DNA of 64,000 nt from Eledone cirrhosa (lineage: Eukaryota), in contig OZ024741.1 in NCBI GenBank assembly GCA_964016885.1, positions 8,742,001 through 8,806,000 on the forward strand. The letters run 5' to 3'. Position 1 is the stretch's first letter. The number at the start of each line of letters is the position of its first letter. Position numbers and translations under genes: made by a program. The notes beneath the pieces were generated by a model, which was not told where the DNA came from, did no database searches, and saw nothing but the letters and a program-made list of their open reading frames with translations. Of this stretch, positions 39,701-51,600 are shown in pieces.

Positions 39701-41609
39701 GGCTCTCTGTCTTCCAGCTAATCTGTCTTTATATCAGTCTGTCTGTATATCAGTCTGTCTTCCAGCCTCTCACTCTTCCAGCCACTCTGTCTGTATATCA
39801 GTCTGTCTTCCAGCCTCTCTGTCTTCCAGTCTCTCTGTCTGTATATCAGTCTGTATTCCAGTCTCTCTGTCTTCCAGCCACTCTGTCTTCCAGCCTCTCT
39901 GTCTGTATATCAGTCTGTATTCCAGCCTCTCTGTCTTCCAGCCTCTCTGTCTTCCAGCCACTCTGTCGGTATATCAGTCTGTCTTCCAGCCTCTCTGTCT
40001 TCCAGCCAATCTGTCTATAAACCAGTCTGTCTTCCAGCCTGTCTGTCTTCCAGCCTCTCTGTCTTCTAGCCTATCTGTCTTCAAGCCACTCTGTCGGTAT
40101 ATCAGTCTGTCTTCCAGCCTCTCTCTCTTCCAGCCTCTCTGTCTGTATATCAGTCTATCTTCCAGCCACTCTGTCTGTATATCAGTCTGTCTTCCAGCCA
40201 CTTTGTCTTCCAGCCTCTCTGTCTTCTAGCCTCTCTGTCTTCAAGCCACTCTGTCTGTATATCAGTCTGTCTTACAGCCTCTCTGTCGTCCAGCCATTCT
40301 GTCTGTATATCAGTCTGTCTTCCAACATCTCTGTCTTCCAGTCTCTTTGTCTGTATATCAGTCTGTCTTCCAGCCTCTCTGTCTTCCAGCCACTCTGTCT
40401 GTATATGTCTGTCTTCCAGCCACTCTGTCTGTATATCAATCTGTCTTTCTTCAGCCTCTCTGTCTTCCAGCCAATCTATCTGTAAATCAGTCTGTCTTCC
40501 AACCTCTCTGTCTTCCAGCCACTCTCTCTTCCAGCCTCTCTGCCTTCCAGCCTCTCTGTATTCCAGCCTCTCTGTCTGTATATTAGTCTGTCTCCGAACC
40601 TCTCTGTCTTCCAGCCACTCTGTCATCCGGCCACTCTGTCTTCTAGCCACTCTGTCTGTATATCAGTCTGTCTTCCAGCCTCTCTGTCTGTATATCAGTC
40701 TGTCTTCCAGCCTCTCTGTCTTCCAGCCACTCTGTCTTTCAGCCACTCTGTCTTCCAGCCACTCTGTCTGTATATCAGTCTGTCTTCTAGCCTCTCTCTC
40801 TTCCAGCCTCTCTCTCTGTATTTCAGACTGTCTTCCAGCCTCTCTCTCTTCCAGCCACTCTGTGTTCCAACCACTCTGTCTGTATATAAGTCTGTCTTCC
40901 AGCCTCTCTGTCTTCCAGCCTCTCTGTCTTCCAGCCTCTCTGTCTTACAGCCACTGTGTCTGTATATCAGACTGCCTTCCAGCCTCTCTGTCTTCCAGCC
41001 ACTCTGTCTTCCAGCCACTCTGTCTTCCAGACACTGTCTGTATATTAGTCTGTCTTCCAGCCTCTCTGTCTTCCAGCCACTCTGTCTTCCAGCCTCTCTG
41101 TCTTCTAGTCTCTCTGTCTGTATATCAGTCTGTCTTCCAGCCAATCTGTGTTCCAGTTTCTCTGTCTGTATATTAGTCTGTCTTCCAGCCTCACTGTCTT
41201 CCAGCCACTCTGTCTTCCAGCCACATTGTCATCCAGCTACTCTGTCTTCCAGCCTCTCTGTCTTCCAGTCTCTTTGTCTGTATATCAGTCTGTCTTCCAG
41301 CCACTTTCTCTTCCAGCCCCTCTGTCTTCCAGCCACTCTGTCTTCCAGCCACGCTGTCTGTATATCAGTCTGTCTTCCAACCACTCTGTCTTCCAGCCAC
41401 TCTGTCTGTATATCAGTCTGACTTCCAGCCACACTGTCTTCCAGCCACTCTGTCTTCCAGCCACTCTCTCTTCCAGCCTCTCTGTCTTGCAGCCACTCTG
41501 TCTGTATATCAGTCTGTCTTCTAGCCTCTCTGTCTTCCAGCCTCTCTGTCTGTATATCAGTCTGTCTTCCAGCCTCTCTGTCTTCCAGTAACTCTGTGTT
41601 CCAGCCACT

Positions 41610-42677
41610 CTGTCTGTATATCAGTCTGTCTTCCAGCCACTCTGTCTTCCAGCCACTCTGTCTTCCAGCCACTCTGTCTTCCAGCCACCCTGTCCGTATA
41701 TCAATATGTCTTCCAGCCACTCTGTCTTCCAGACACTCTGTCTGTATATCAGTCTGTCCTCCAGCCTCTCTCTCTGTATATCACTCTGTCTTCCAGCCTC
41801 TCTGTCTTCCAGCCACTCTCTCTTCCAGCCAGTCTGTCTTCCAGCCTCTCTGTCTTCCAGCCTCTCTGTCTTCCTGTCTCTCTGTCTTCCAGCCACTCTC
41901 TCTTCCAGCCTCTCTGTCTTCCAGCCACTCTGTCTTCCAGCCTCTCTGTCTTCCAGTCTCTCTGTCTGTATATCAGTCTGTCTTCCAGCCAAATCAGTCT
42001 TCCAGTTTCTCTGTCTGTATATTAGTCTGTCTTCCAGGCTCACTGTCTTCCAGCCACTCTCTATTCCAGCCTCTCCGTCTTCCAGCCTCTCTGTCTTCCA
42101 GCCTCTCTGTCTGTATATTAGTCTGTCTCCGAACCTCTCTGTCTTCCAGCCACTCTGTCTTCCAGCCACTCTGTCTGTATATCAGTCTGTCTTCCAGCCT
42201 CTCTGTCTGTATATCAGTCTGTCTTCCAGCCTTTCTGTCTTCCAGGCACTCTGTCTTCCAGCCGCACTGTCTTTCAGCCTCTCTGTCTTCTAGCCACTCT
42301 CTCTTCCAGCCTCTCTGTCTTCCAGCCATTCTGTCATCCAGCCACTCTGTCTGTATATCAGTCTGTCTTCCAGCCACTCTGTCTTCCAGCCACTCTGTCT
42401 TCCAGCCACTCTGTCTTCCAGCCACCCTGTCCGTATATCAATATGTCTTCCAGCCACTCTGTCTTCCAGACACTCTGTCTGTATATCAGTCTGTCTTCCA
42501 GCCTCTCTCTCTGTATATCACTCTGTCTTCCAGCCTCTCTGTCTTCCAGCCACTCTCTCTTCCAGCCAGTCTGTCTTCCAGCCTCTCTGTCTTCCAGCCT
42601 CTCTGTCTTTCTGTCTCTCTGTCTTCCAGCCACTCTCTCTTCCAGCCTCTCTGTCTTCCAGCCACTCTGTCTTCCAG
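41610..42677. repeat. ~330-bp block repeated at offset 737
   Basis: ORFs 41706/42443 share their N-terminal part. The CCACCCTGTCCGTATATCAATATG variant occurs near 41685 and 42422. Confidence 0.8.
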
Positions 42678-45600
42678 CCACTCTGTCTCTATATCAGTCT
42701 GTCTTCCAGCCACTCTGTCTTCCAGACACTGTCTGTATATCAGTCTCTCTTCCAGCCTCTCTGTCTTCCAGCCACTCTGTCTTCCTGCCTCTCTGTCTTC
42801 TAGTCTCTCAGTCTGTATATCAGTCTGTCTTCCAGCCAATCTGTGTTCCAGTTTCTCTGTCTGTATATTAGTCTGTCTTCCAGCCTCACTGTCTTCCAGC
42901 CACTCTGTCTTCCAGCCACATTGTCATCCAGTCACTCTGTCTTCCAGCCTCTCTGTCTTCCAGTCTCTTTGTCTGTATATCAGTCTGTCTTCCAGCCCCT
43001 CTGTCTTCCAGCCACTCTGTCTTCCAGCCACTATGTCTGCATATCAGTCTGTCTTCCAGCCACTCTGTCTTCCAGCCATTCTGTCTGTATATCAGTCTGT
43101 CTTCCAGCCACACTGTCTTCCAGCCACTCTGTCTTCCAGCCACTCTCTCTTCCAGCCTCTCTGTCTTCCAGCCACTCTGTCTGTATATTATTCTGTTTCT
43201 GAGCCTCTCTGTCTTCCAGCCACTCTGTCTTCTAGCCTCTCTGTCTGTATATCAGTCTGTCTCCCAGCCTCTCTGTCTTCCAGTCACTCTGTGTTCCAGC
43301 CACTCTGTCTGTATATCAGTTTGTCTTCCAGCCACTCTGTTTTCCAGCCACTCAGTCTTCCAGACTCTCTGTCTTCCACCCTCTCTGTCTTCCAGCCACT
43401 GTGTCTGTATATCAGACTGTCTTCCAGCCTCTCTGTATTCCAGCCACTCTGTCTTCCAGCCAGTCTGTCCGTATATCAATATGTCTTCCAGCCAATCTGT
43501 CTTCCAGACACTCTGTCTGTATATCAGTCTGTCTTCCAGCCTCTCTCTCTGTATATCACTCTGTCTTCCAGCCTCTCTGTCTTCCAGCCACTCTGTCTTC
43601 CAGCCACTCTGTCTTCCAGCCAGTCTGTCTTCCAGGCTCTCTGTCTTCCAGCCTCTCTGTCTTCCAGTCTCTCTGTCTTCCAGCCACTCTGTCTTCCAGC
43701 CTCTCTGTCTTCCAGCCACTCTGTCTTCCAGCCAGACTGTCTTCCAGCCTCTCTGTCTTCCAGCCTCTCTGTCTTCCAGTCTCTCTGTCTTCCAGCCTCT
43801 CTGTCTTCCAGTCTCTCTGTCTTCCAGCCACTCTGTCTTCCAGCCAGTCTGTCTTCCAGCCTCTCTCTCTGTATATCACTCTGTCTTCCAGCCTCTCTGT
43901 CTTCCAGCCACTCTGTCTTCCAGCCACTCTGTCTTCCTGCCAGTCTGTCTTCCAGCCTCTCTGTCTTCCAGCCTCTCTGTCTTCCAGTCTCTCTGTCTTC
44001 CAGCCTCTCTGTCTTCCAGTCTCTCTGTCTGTATATCAGTCTGTCTTCCAGCCAAATCTGTCTTCCAGTTTCTCTGTCTGTATATTAGTCTGTCTTCCAG
44101 CCTCACTGTCTTCCAGCCACTCTGGGTGCATAACAGTCTGTCTTCCAGCCACTCTGTCTTCCAGTCGTTCTAACTGTATATCAGTCTGTCTTCCAGCCAC
44201 TCTGTCTTCCCCCACACTGTCATCCAGGCACTCTGTCTTCCAGCCTCTCTGTCTTCCAGTATCTTTGTCTTCATATCAGTCTGTCTTCCAGCCACACTGT
44301 CTTCCAGTTTCTCTGTCTGTATATTAGTCTGTCTTCCAGACACTCTGTCTTCCAGCCACTCTCTCTTCCAGCCTCTCCGTCTTCCAGCCTCTCTGTCTTC
44401 CAGCCTCTCTGTCTGTATATTAGTCTGTCTCCGAACCTCTCTGTCTTCCAGCCACTCTGTCTTCCAGCCACTCTGTCTGTATATCAGTCTGTCTTCCAGC
44501 CTCTCTGTCTGTATATCAGTCTGTCTTCCAGCCTCTCTGTCTTCCAGGCACTCTGTCTTCCAGCCGCACTGTCTTTCAGCCTCTCTGTCTTCTAGCCACT
44601 CTCTCTTCCAGCCTCTCTGTCTTGCAGCCATTCTGTCTTCCAGCCACTCTGTCTGTATATCAGTCAGTCTTCCAGCCACTCTGTCTTCCAGCCAGTCTGT
44701 CTTCCAGCCTCTCTGTCTTCCAGCCTCTCTGTCTTCCAGCCTCTCTGTCTTCCAGCCACTCTGTCTTCCAGCCTCTCTGTCTTCCAGCCACTCTGTCTTC
44801 CAGCCTCTCTGTCTTCCAGTCTCTCTGTCTGTATATCAGTCTGTCTTCCAGCCTCACTGTCTTCCAGACACTCTGGGTGTATATCAGTCTGTCTTCCAGC
44901 CACTCAGTCTTCCAGTCGTTCTAACTGTATATTAGTCTGTCTTCCAGCCACTCTGTTTTCCAGCCACACTGTCATCCAGGCACTCTGTCTTCCAGCCTCT
45001 CTGTCTTCCAGTCTCCTTGTCTGTATATCAGTGTGTCTTCCAGCCACACTGATAGTATATTAGTCTGTCTTCCAGCAACTCTGTCTTCCAGCCACTCTCT
45101 CTTCCAGCCTCTCTGTCTTCCAGCCTCTCTGTATTCCAGCCCCTCTGTCTGTATATTAGTCTGTCTCCGAACCTCTCTGTCTCTCAGCCACTCTGTCATC
45201 CGGCCACTCTGTCTTCCAGCCACACTGTCTGTATATCAGTCTGTCTTCCAGCCTCTCTGTCTGTATATCAGTCTGTCTTCCAGCCTCTCTGTCTTCCAGC
45301 CACTCTGTCTTTCAGCCACTCTGTCTTCCAGCCACTCTGTCTGTATATCAGTCTGTCTTCCAGCCACACTGTCTTCCAGCCACTCTGTCTTCCAGCCACT
45401 CTCTCTTCCAGCCTCTCTGTCTTCGAGCCACTCTCTCTTCCAGCCTCTCTGTCTTCCAACCACTCTGTCTGTATATCAGTCTGTCTTCCAGCCTCTCTGT
45501 CTTCCAGCCTCTCTCTCTGTATATTAGTCTGTCTTCCAGCCTCCTCTCTGTCTTCCAGCCTCTCTGTCTTCCAGTCATTCAGCATTCCAGACTATCTGTC

Positions 45601-48600
45601 TTCCAGCCTCTCTGTCTTACAGCCACTGTGTCTGTATATCAGACTGTCTTCCAGCCTCTCTGTCTTCCAGCCATTCTGTCTTCCAGCCACTCTGTCTCTA
45701 TATCAGTCTGTCTTCCAGCCACTCTGTCTGTATATCAGTCTGTCTTCTAGCCTCTCTGTCTTCCAACCTCTCTCTCTGTATATCAGTCTGTCTTCCAGCC
45801 TCTCTGTCTTCCAGCCTCTCTGTCTTCCAGCCATTCAGCCTTCCAGACTATCTGTCTTCCAGCCTCTCTGTCTTACAGCCACTGTGTCTGTATATCAGAC
45901 TGTCTTCCAGCCTCTCTGTCTTCCAGCCATTCTGTCTTCCAGCCACTCTGTCTCTATATCAGTCTGTCTTCCAGCCACTCTGTCTTCCAGCCTCTCTGTC
46001 TGTATATCAGTCTGTCTCCCAGCCTCTCTGTCTTCCAGTCACTCTGTCTTCCAGCCACTCTGTCATCCGGCCACTCTGTCTTCCAGCCACACTGTCTTCC
46101 AGCCACTCTGTCTTCCAGCCACTCTCTCTTCCAGCCTCTCTGTCTTCGAGCCACTCTCTCTTCCAGCCTCTCTGTCTTCCAACCACTCTATCTGTATATC
46201 AGTCTGTCTTCCAGCCTCTCTCTCTTCCAGCCTCTCTCTCTGTATATCAGTCTGTCTTCCAGCCTCTCTGTCTTCCAGCCTCTCTGTCTTCCAGCCATTC
46301 AGCCTTCCAGACTATCTGTCTTCCAGCCTCTCTGTCTTACAGCCACTGTGTCTGTATATCAGACTGTCTTCCAGCCTCTCTGTCTTCCAGCCATTCTGTC
46401 TTCCAGCCACTCTGTCTCTATATCAGTCTGTCTTCCAGCCACTCTGTCTGTATATCAGTCTGTCTTCCAGCCTCTCTGTCTTCCAGCCTCTCTGTCTTCC
46501 AGCCTCTCTGTCTTCCAGCCATTCAGCCTTCCAGACTATCTGTCTTCCAGCCTCTCTGTCTTACAGCCATTCTGTCTTCCAACCACTCTGTCTCTATATC
46601 AGTCTGTCTTCCAGCCACTCTGTCTTCCAGCCTCTCTGTCTGTATATCAGTCTGTCTCCCAGCCTCTCTGTCTTCCAGTCACTCTGTGTTCCAGCCACTC
46701 TGTCTGTATATCAGTCTGTCTTCCAGCCACTCTGTCTTCCAGCCACTCAGTCTTCCAGACTCTCTGTCTTTCACCCTCTCTGTCTTCCAGTCTCTCTGTC
46801 TTCCAGCCACTCTGTCTTCCAGCCTCTCTGTCTTCCAGCCACTCTGTCTTCCAGCCAGTCTGTCTTCCAGCCTCTCTGTCTTCCAGTCTCTCTGTCTTCC
46901 AGCCTCTCTGTCTACCAGTCTCTCTGTCTTCCAGCCACTCTGTCTTCCAGCCAGTCTGTCTTCCAGCCTCTCTCTCTGTATATCACTCTGTCTTCCAGCC
47001 TCTCTGTCTTCCAGCCACTCTGTCTTCCAGCCACTCTGTCTTCCAGCCAGTCTGTCTTCCAGCCTCTCTGTCTTCTAGCCTCTCTGTCTTCCAGTCTCCC
47101 TGTCTTCCAGCCTCTCTGTCTTCCAGTCTCTCTGTCTGTATATCAGTCTGTCTTCCAGCCAAATCAGTCTTCCAGTTTCTCTGTCTGTATATTAGTCTGT
47201 CTTCCAGCCTCACTGTCTTCCAGCCACTCTGGGTGCATAACAGTCTGTCTTCCAGCCACTCTGTCTTCCAGTCGTTCTAACTGTATATCAGTCTGTCTTC
47301 CAGCCACTCTGTCTTCCACCACACTGTCATCCAGGCACTCTGTCTTCCAGCCTCACTGTCTTCCAGCCACTCTGGGTGCATAACAGTCTGTCTTCCAGCC
47401 ACTCTGTCTTCCAGTCGTTCTAACTGTATATCAGTCTGTCTTCCAGCCACTCTGTCTTCCACCACACTGTCATCCAGGCACTCTGTCTTCCAGCCTCTCT
47501 GTCTTCCAGTTTCTCTGTCTGTATATTAGTCTGTCTTCCAGACACTGTCTTCCAGCCACTCTCTCTTCCAGCCTCTCCGTCTTCCAGCCTCTCTGTCTTC
47601 CAGCCTCTCTGTCTGTATATTAGTCTGTCTCCGAACCTCTCTGTCTTCCAGCCACTCTGTCTTCCAGCCACTCTGTCTGTATATCAGTCTGTCTTCCAGC
47701 CTCTCTGTCTGTATATCAGTCTGTCTTCCAGCCTCTCTGTCTTCCAGGCACTCTGTCTTCCAGCCGCACTGTCTTTCAGCCTCTCTGTCTTCTAGCCACT
47801 CTCTCTTCCAGCCTCTCTGTCTTCCAGCCTTTCTGTCTTCCAGCCACTCTGTCTGTATATCAGTCAGTCTTCCAGCCACTCTGTCTTCCAGCCAGTCTGT
47901 CTTCCAGCCTCTCTGCCTTCCAGCCTCTCTGTCTTCCAGCCTCTCTGTCTTCCAGCCACTCTGTCTTCCAGCCTCTCTGTCTTCCAGCCACTCTGTCTTC
48001 CAGCCTCTCTGTCTTCCAGTCTCTCTGTCTGTATATCAGTCTGTCTTCCAGCCTCACTGTCTTCCAGCCTCTCTCTCTGTATATTAGTCTGTCTTCCAGC
48101 CTCCTCTCTGTCTTCCAGCCTCTCTGTCTTCCAGCCATTCAGCCTTCCAGACTATCTGTCTTCCAGCCTCTCTGTCTTACAGCCACTGTGTCTGTATATC
48201 AGACTGTCTTCCAGCCTCTCTGTCTTCCAGCCATTCTGTCTTCCAGCCACTCTGTCTCTATATCAGTCTGTCTTCCAGCCACTCTGTCTGTATATCAGTC
48301 TGTCTTCTAGCCTCTCTGTCTTCCAACCTCTCTCTCTGTATATCAGTCTGTCTTCAAGCCTCTCTGTCTTCCAGCCTCTCTGTCTTCCAGCCATTCAGCC
48401 TTCCAGACTATCTGTCTTCCAGCCTCTCTGTCTTACAGCCACTGTGTCTGTATATCAGACTGTCTTCCAGCCTCTCTGTCTTCCAGCCATTCTGTCTTCC
48501 AGCCACTCTGTCTCTATATCAGTCTGTCTTCCAGCCACTCTGTCTTCCAGCCTCTCTGTCTGTATATCAGTCTGTCTCCCAGCCTCTCTGTCTTCCAGTC

Positions 48601-51600
48601 ACTCTGTGTTCCAGCCACTCTGTCTGTATATCAGTCTGTCTTCCAGCCACTCTGTCTTCCAGCCACTCAGTCTTCCAGACTCTCTGTCTTCCACCCTCTC
48701 TGTCTTCCAGCCACTGTGTCTGTATATCAGACTGTCTTCCAGCCTCTCTGTATTCCAGCCACTCTGTCCGTATATCAATATGTCTTCCAGCCACTCTGAC
48801 TTCCAGACACTCTGTCTGTATATCAGTCTGTCTTCCAGCCTCTCTCTCTGTATATCACTCTGTCTTCCAGCCTCTCTGTCTTCCAGCCACTCTGTCTTCC
48901 AGCCACTCTGTCTTCCAGCCAGTCTGTCTTCCAGCCTCTCTGTCTTCCAGCCTCTCTGTCTTCCAGTCTCTCTGTCTTCCAGCCACTCTGTCTTCCAGCC
49001 AGTCTGTCTTCCAGCCTCTCTGTCTTCCAGCCTCTCTGTCTTCCAGTCTCCGTGTCTTCCAGCCTCTCTGTCTTCCAGTCTCTCTGTCTTCCAGCCACAC
49101 TGTCATCCAGGCACTCTGTCTTCCAGCCTCTCTGTCTTCCAGTCTCTTTGTCTGTATATCAGTCTGTCTTCCAGCCACTCTGTCTGTATATTAGTCTGTC
49201 TTCCAGCAACTCTGTCTTCCAGCCACTCTCTCTTCCAGCCTCTCTGTCTTCCAGCCTCTCTGTATTCCAGCCTCTCTGTCTGTATATTAGTCTGTCTCCG
49301 AACCTCTCTGTCTTCCAGCCACTCTATCATCCGGCCACTCTGTCTTCCAGCCACACTGTCTGTATATCAGTCTGTCTTCCAGCCACTCTGTCTGTATATC
49401 AGTCTGTCTTCCAGCCTCTCTGTCTTCCAGCCACTCTGTCTTTCAGCCACTCTCTCTTCCAGCCACTCTGTCTGTATATCAGTCTGTCTTCCAGCCACAC
49501 TGTCTTCCAGCCACTCTGTCTTCCAGCCACTCTCTCTTCCAGCCTCTCTGTCTTCGAGCCACTCTCTCTTCCAGCCTCTCTGTCTTCCAGCCTCTCTGTC
49601 TTCCAGCCTCTCTGTCTTCCAGCCATTCAGCCTTCCAGACTATCTGTCTTCCAGCCTCTCTGTCTTACAGCCACTGTGTCTGTATATCAGACTGTCTTCC
49701 AGCCTCTCTGTCTTCCAGGCATTCTGTCTTCCAGCCACTCTGTCTCTATATCAGTCTGTCTTCCAGCCACTCTGTCTGTATATCAGTCTGTCTTCTAGCC
49801 TCTCTGTCTTCTAGCCTCTCTCTCTGTATATCAGTCTGTCTTCCAGCCTCTCTGTCTTCCAGCCTCTCTGTCTTCCAGCCTCTCTGTCTTCCAGCCTCTC
49901 TGTCTTCCAGCCATTCAGCCTTCCAGACTATCTGTCTTCCAGCCTCTCTATCTTACAGCCACTGTGTCTGTATATCAGACTGTCTTCCAGCCTCTCTGTC
50001 TTCCAGCCATTCTGTCTTCCAGCCACTCTGTCTCTATATCAGTCTGTCTTCCAGCCACTCTGTCTTCCAGACACTGTCTGTATATCAGTCTGTCTTCCAG
50101 CCTCTCTGTCTTCCAGCCACTCTGTCTTCCAGCCTCTCTGTCTTCCAGTCTCTCTGTCTGTATATCAGTCTGTCTTCCAGCCTCTCTGTCTTCCAGCCAC
50201 TCTGTCTGTATATGTCTGTCTTCCAGCCACTCTGTCTGTATATCAATCTGTCTTCCAGCCTCTCTGTCTTCCAGCGAATCTATCTGTAAATCAGTCTGTC
50301 TTCCAGGCTCTCTGTCTTCCAGCCAATCTGTCTGTATATCAGTCTGTCTGTATATCAGTCTGTCTTCCAGCCTCTCACTCTTCCAGCCACTCTGTCTGTA
50401 TATCAGTCTGTCTTCCAGTCTCTCTGTCTGTATATCAGTCTGTATTCCAGCCTCTCTGTCTTCCAGTCACTCTGTCTTCCAGCCTCTCTGTCTGTATATC
50501 AGTCTGTATTCCAGCCTCTCTGTCTTCCAGCCTCTCTGTCTTCCAGCCACTCTGTCGGTATATCAGTCTGTCTTCCAGCCTCTCTGTCTTCCAGCTAATC
50601 TGTCTGTATACCAGTCTGTCTTCCAGCCTCTCTGTCTTCCAGCCTCTCTGTCTTCAAGCCTATCTGTCTTCAAGCCACTCTGTCGGTATATCAGTCTGTC
50701 TTCCAGCCTCTCTCTCTTCCAGCCTCTCTGTCTGTATATCAGTCTATCTTCGAGCCACTCTGTCTGTATATCAATCTGTCTTCCAGCCTCTCTGTCTTCC
50801 AGCCAATATATCTGTAAATCAGTCTGTCTTCCAGGCTCTCTGTCTTCCAGCTAATCTGTCTGTATATCAGTCTGTCTGTATATCAGTCTGTCTTCCAGCC
50901 TCTCACTCTTCCAGCCACTCTGTCTGTATATCAGTCTGTCTTCCAGCCTCTCTGTCTTCCAGTCTCTCTGTCTGTATATAAGTCTGTATTCCAGTCTCTC
51001 TGTCTTCCAGCCACTCTGTCTTCCAGCCTCTCTGTCTGTATATCAGTCTGTATTCCAGCCTCTCTGTCATCCAGCCTCTCTGTCTTCCAGCCTCTCTGTC
51101 TTCCAGCCACTCTGTCGGTATATCAGTCTGTCTTCCAGCCTCTCTGTCTTCCAGCCAATCTGTCTATAAACCAGTCTGTCTTCCAGCCTGTCTGTCTTCC
51201 AGCCTCTCTGTCTTCAAGCCTATCTGTCTTCAAGCCACTCTGTCGGTATATCAGTCTGTCTTCCAGCCTCTCTCTCTTCCAGCCTCTCTGTCTGTATATC
51301 AGTCTATCTTCCAGCCACTCTGTCTGTATATCAGTCTGTCTTCCAGCCACTCTGTCTTCCAGCCTCTCTGTCTTCTAGCCTCTCTGTCTTCAAGCCACTC
51401 TGTCTGTATATCAGTCTGTCTTCCAGCCTCTCTGTCGTCCAGCCATTCTGTCTCTATATCAGTCTGTCTTCCAACATCTCTGTCTTCCAGTCTCTTTGTC
51501 TGTATATCAGTCTGTCTTCCAGCCTCTCTGTCTTCCAGCCACTCTGTTTTCCAGCCACACTGTCATCCAGGCACTCTGTCTTCCAGCCTCTCTGTCTTCC

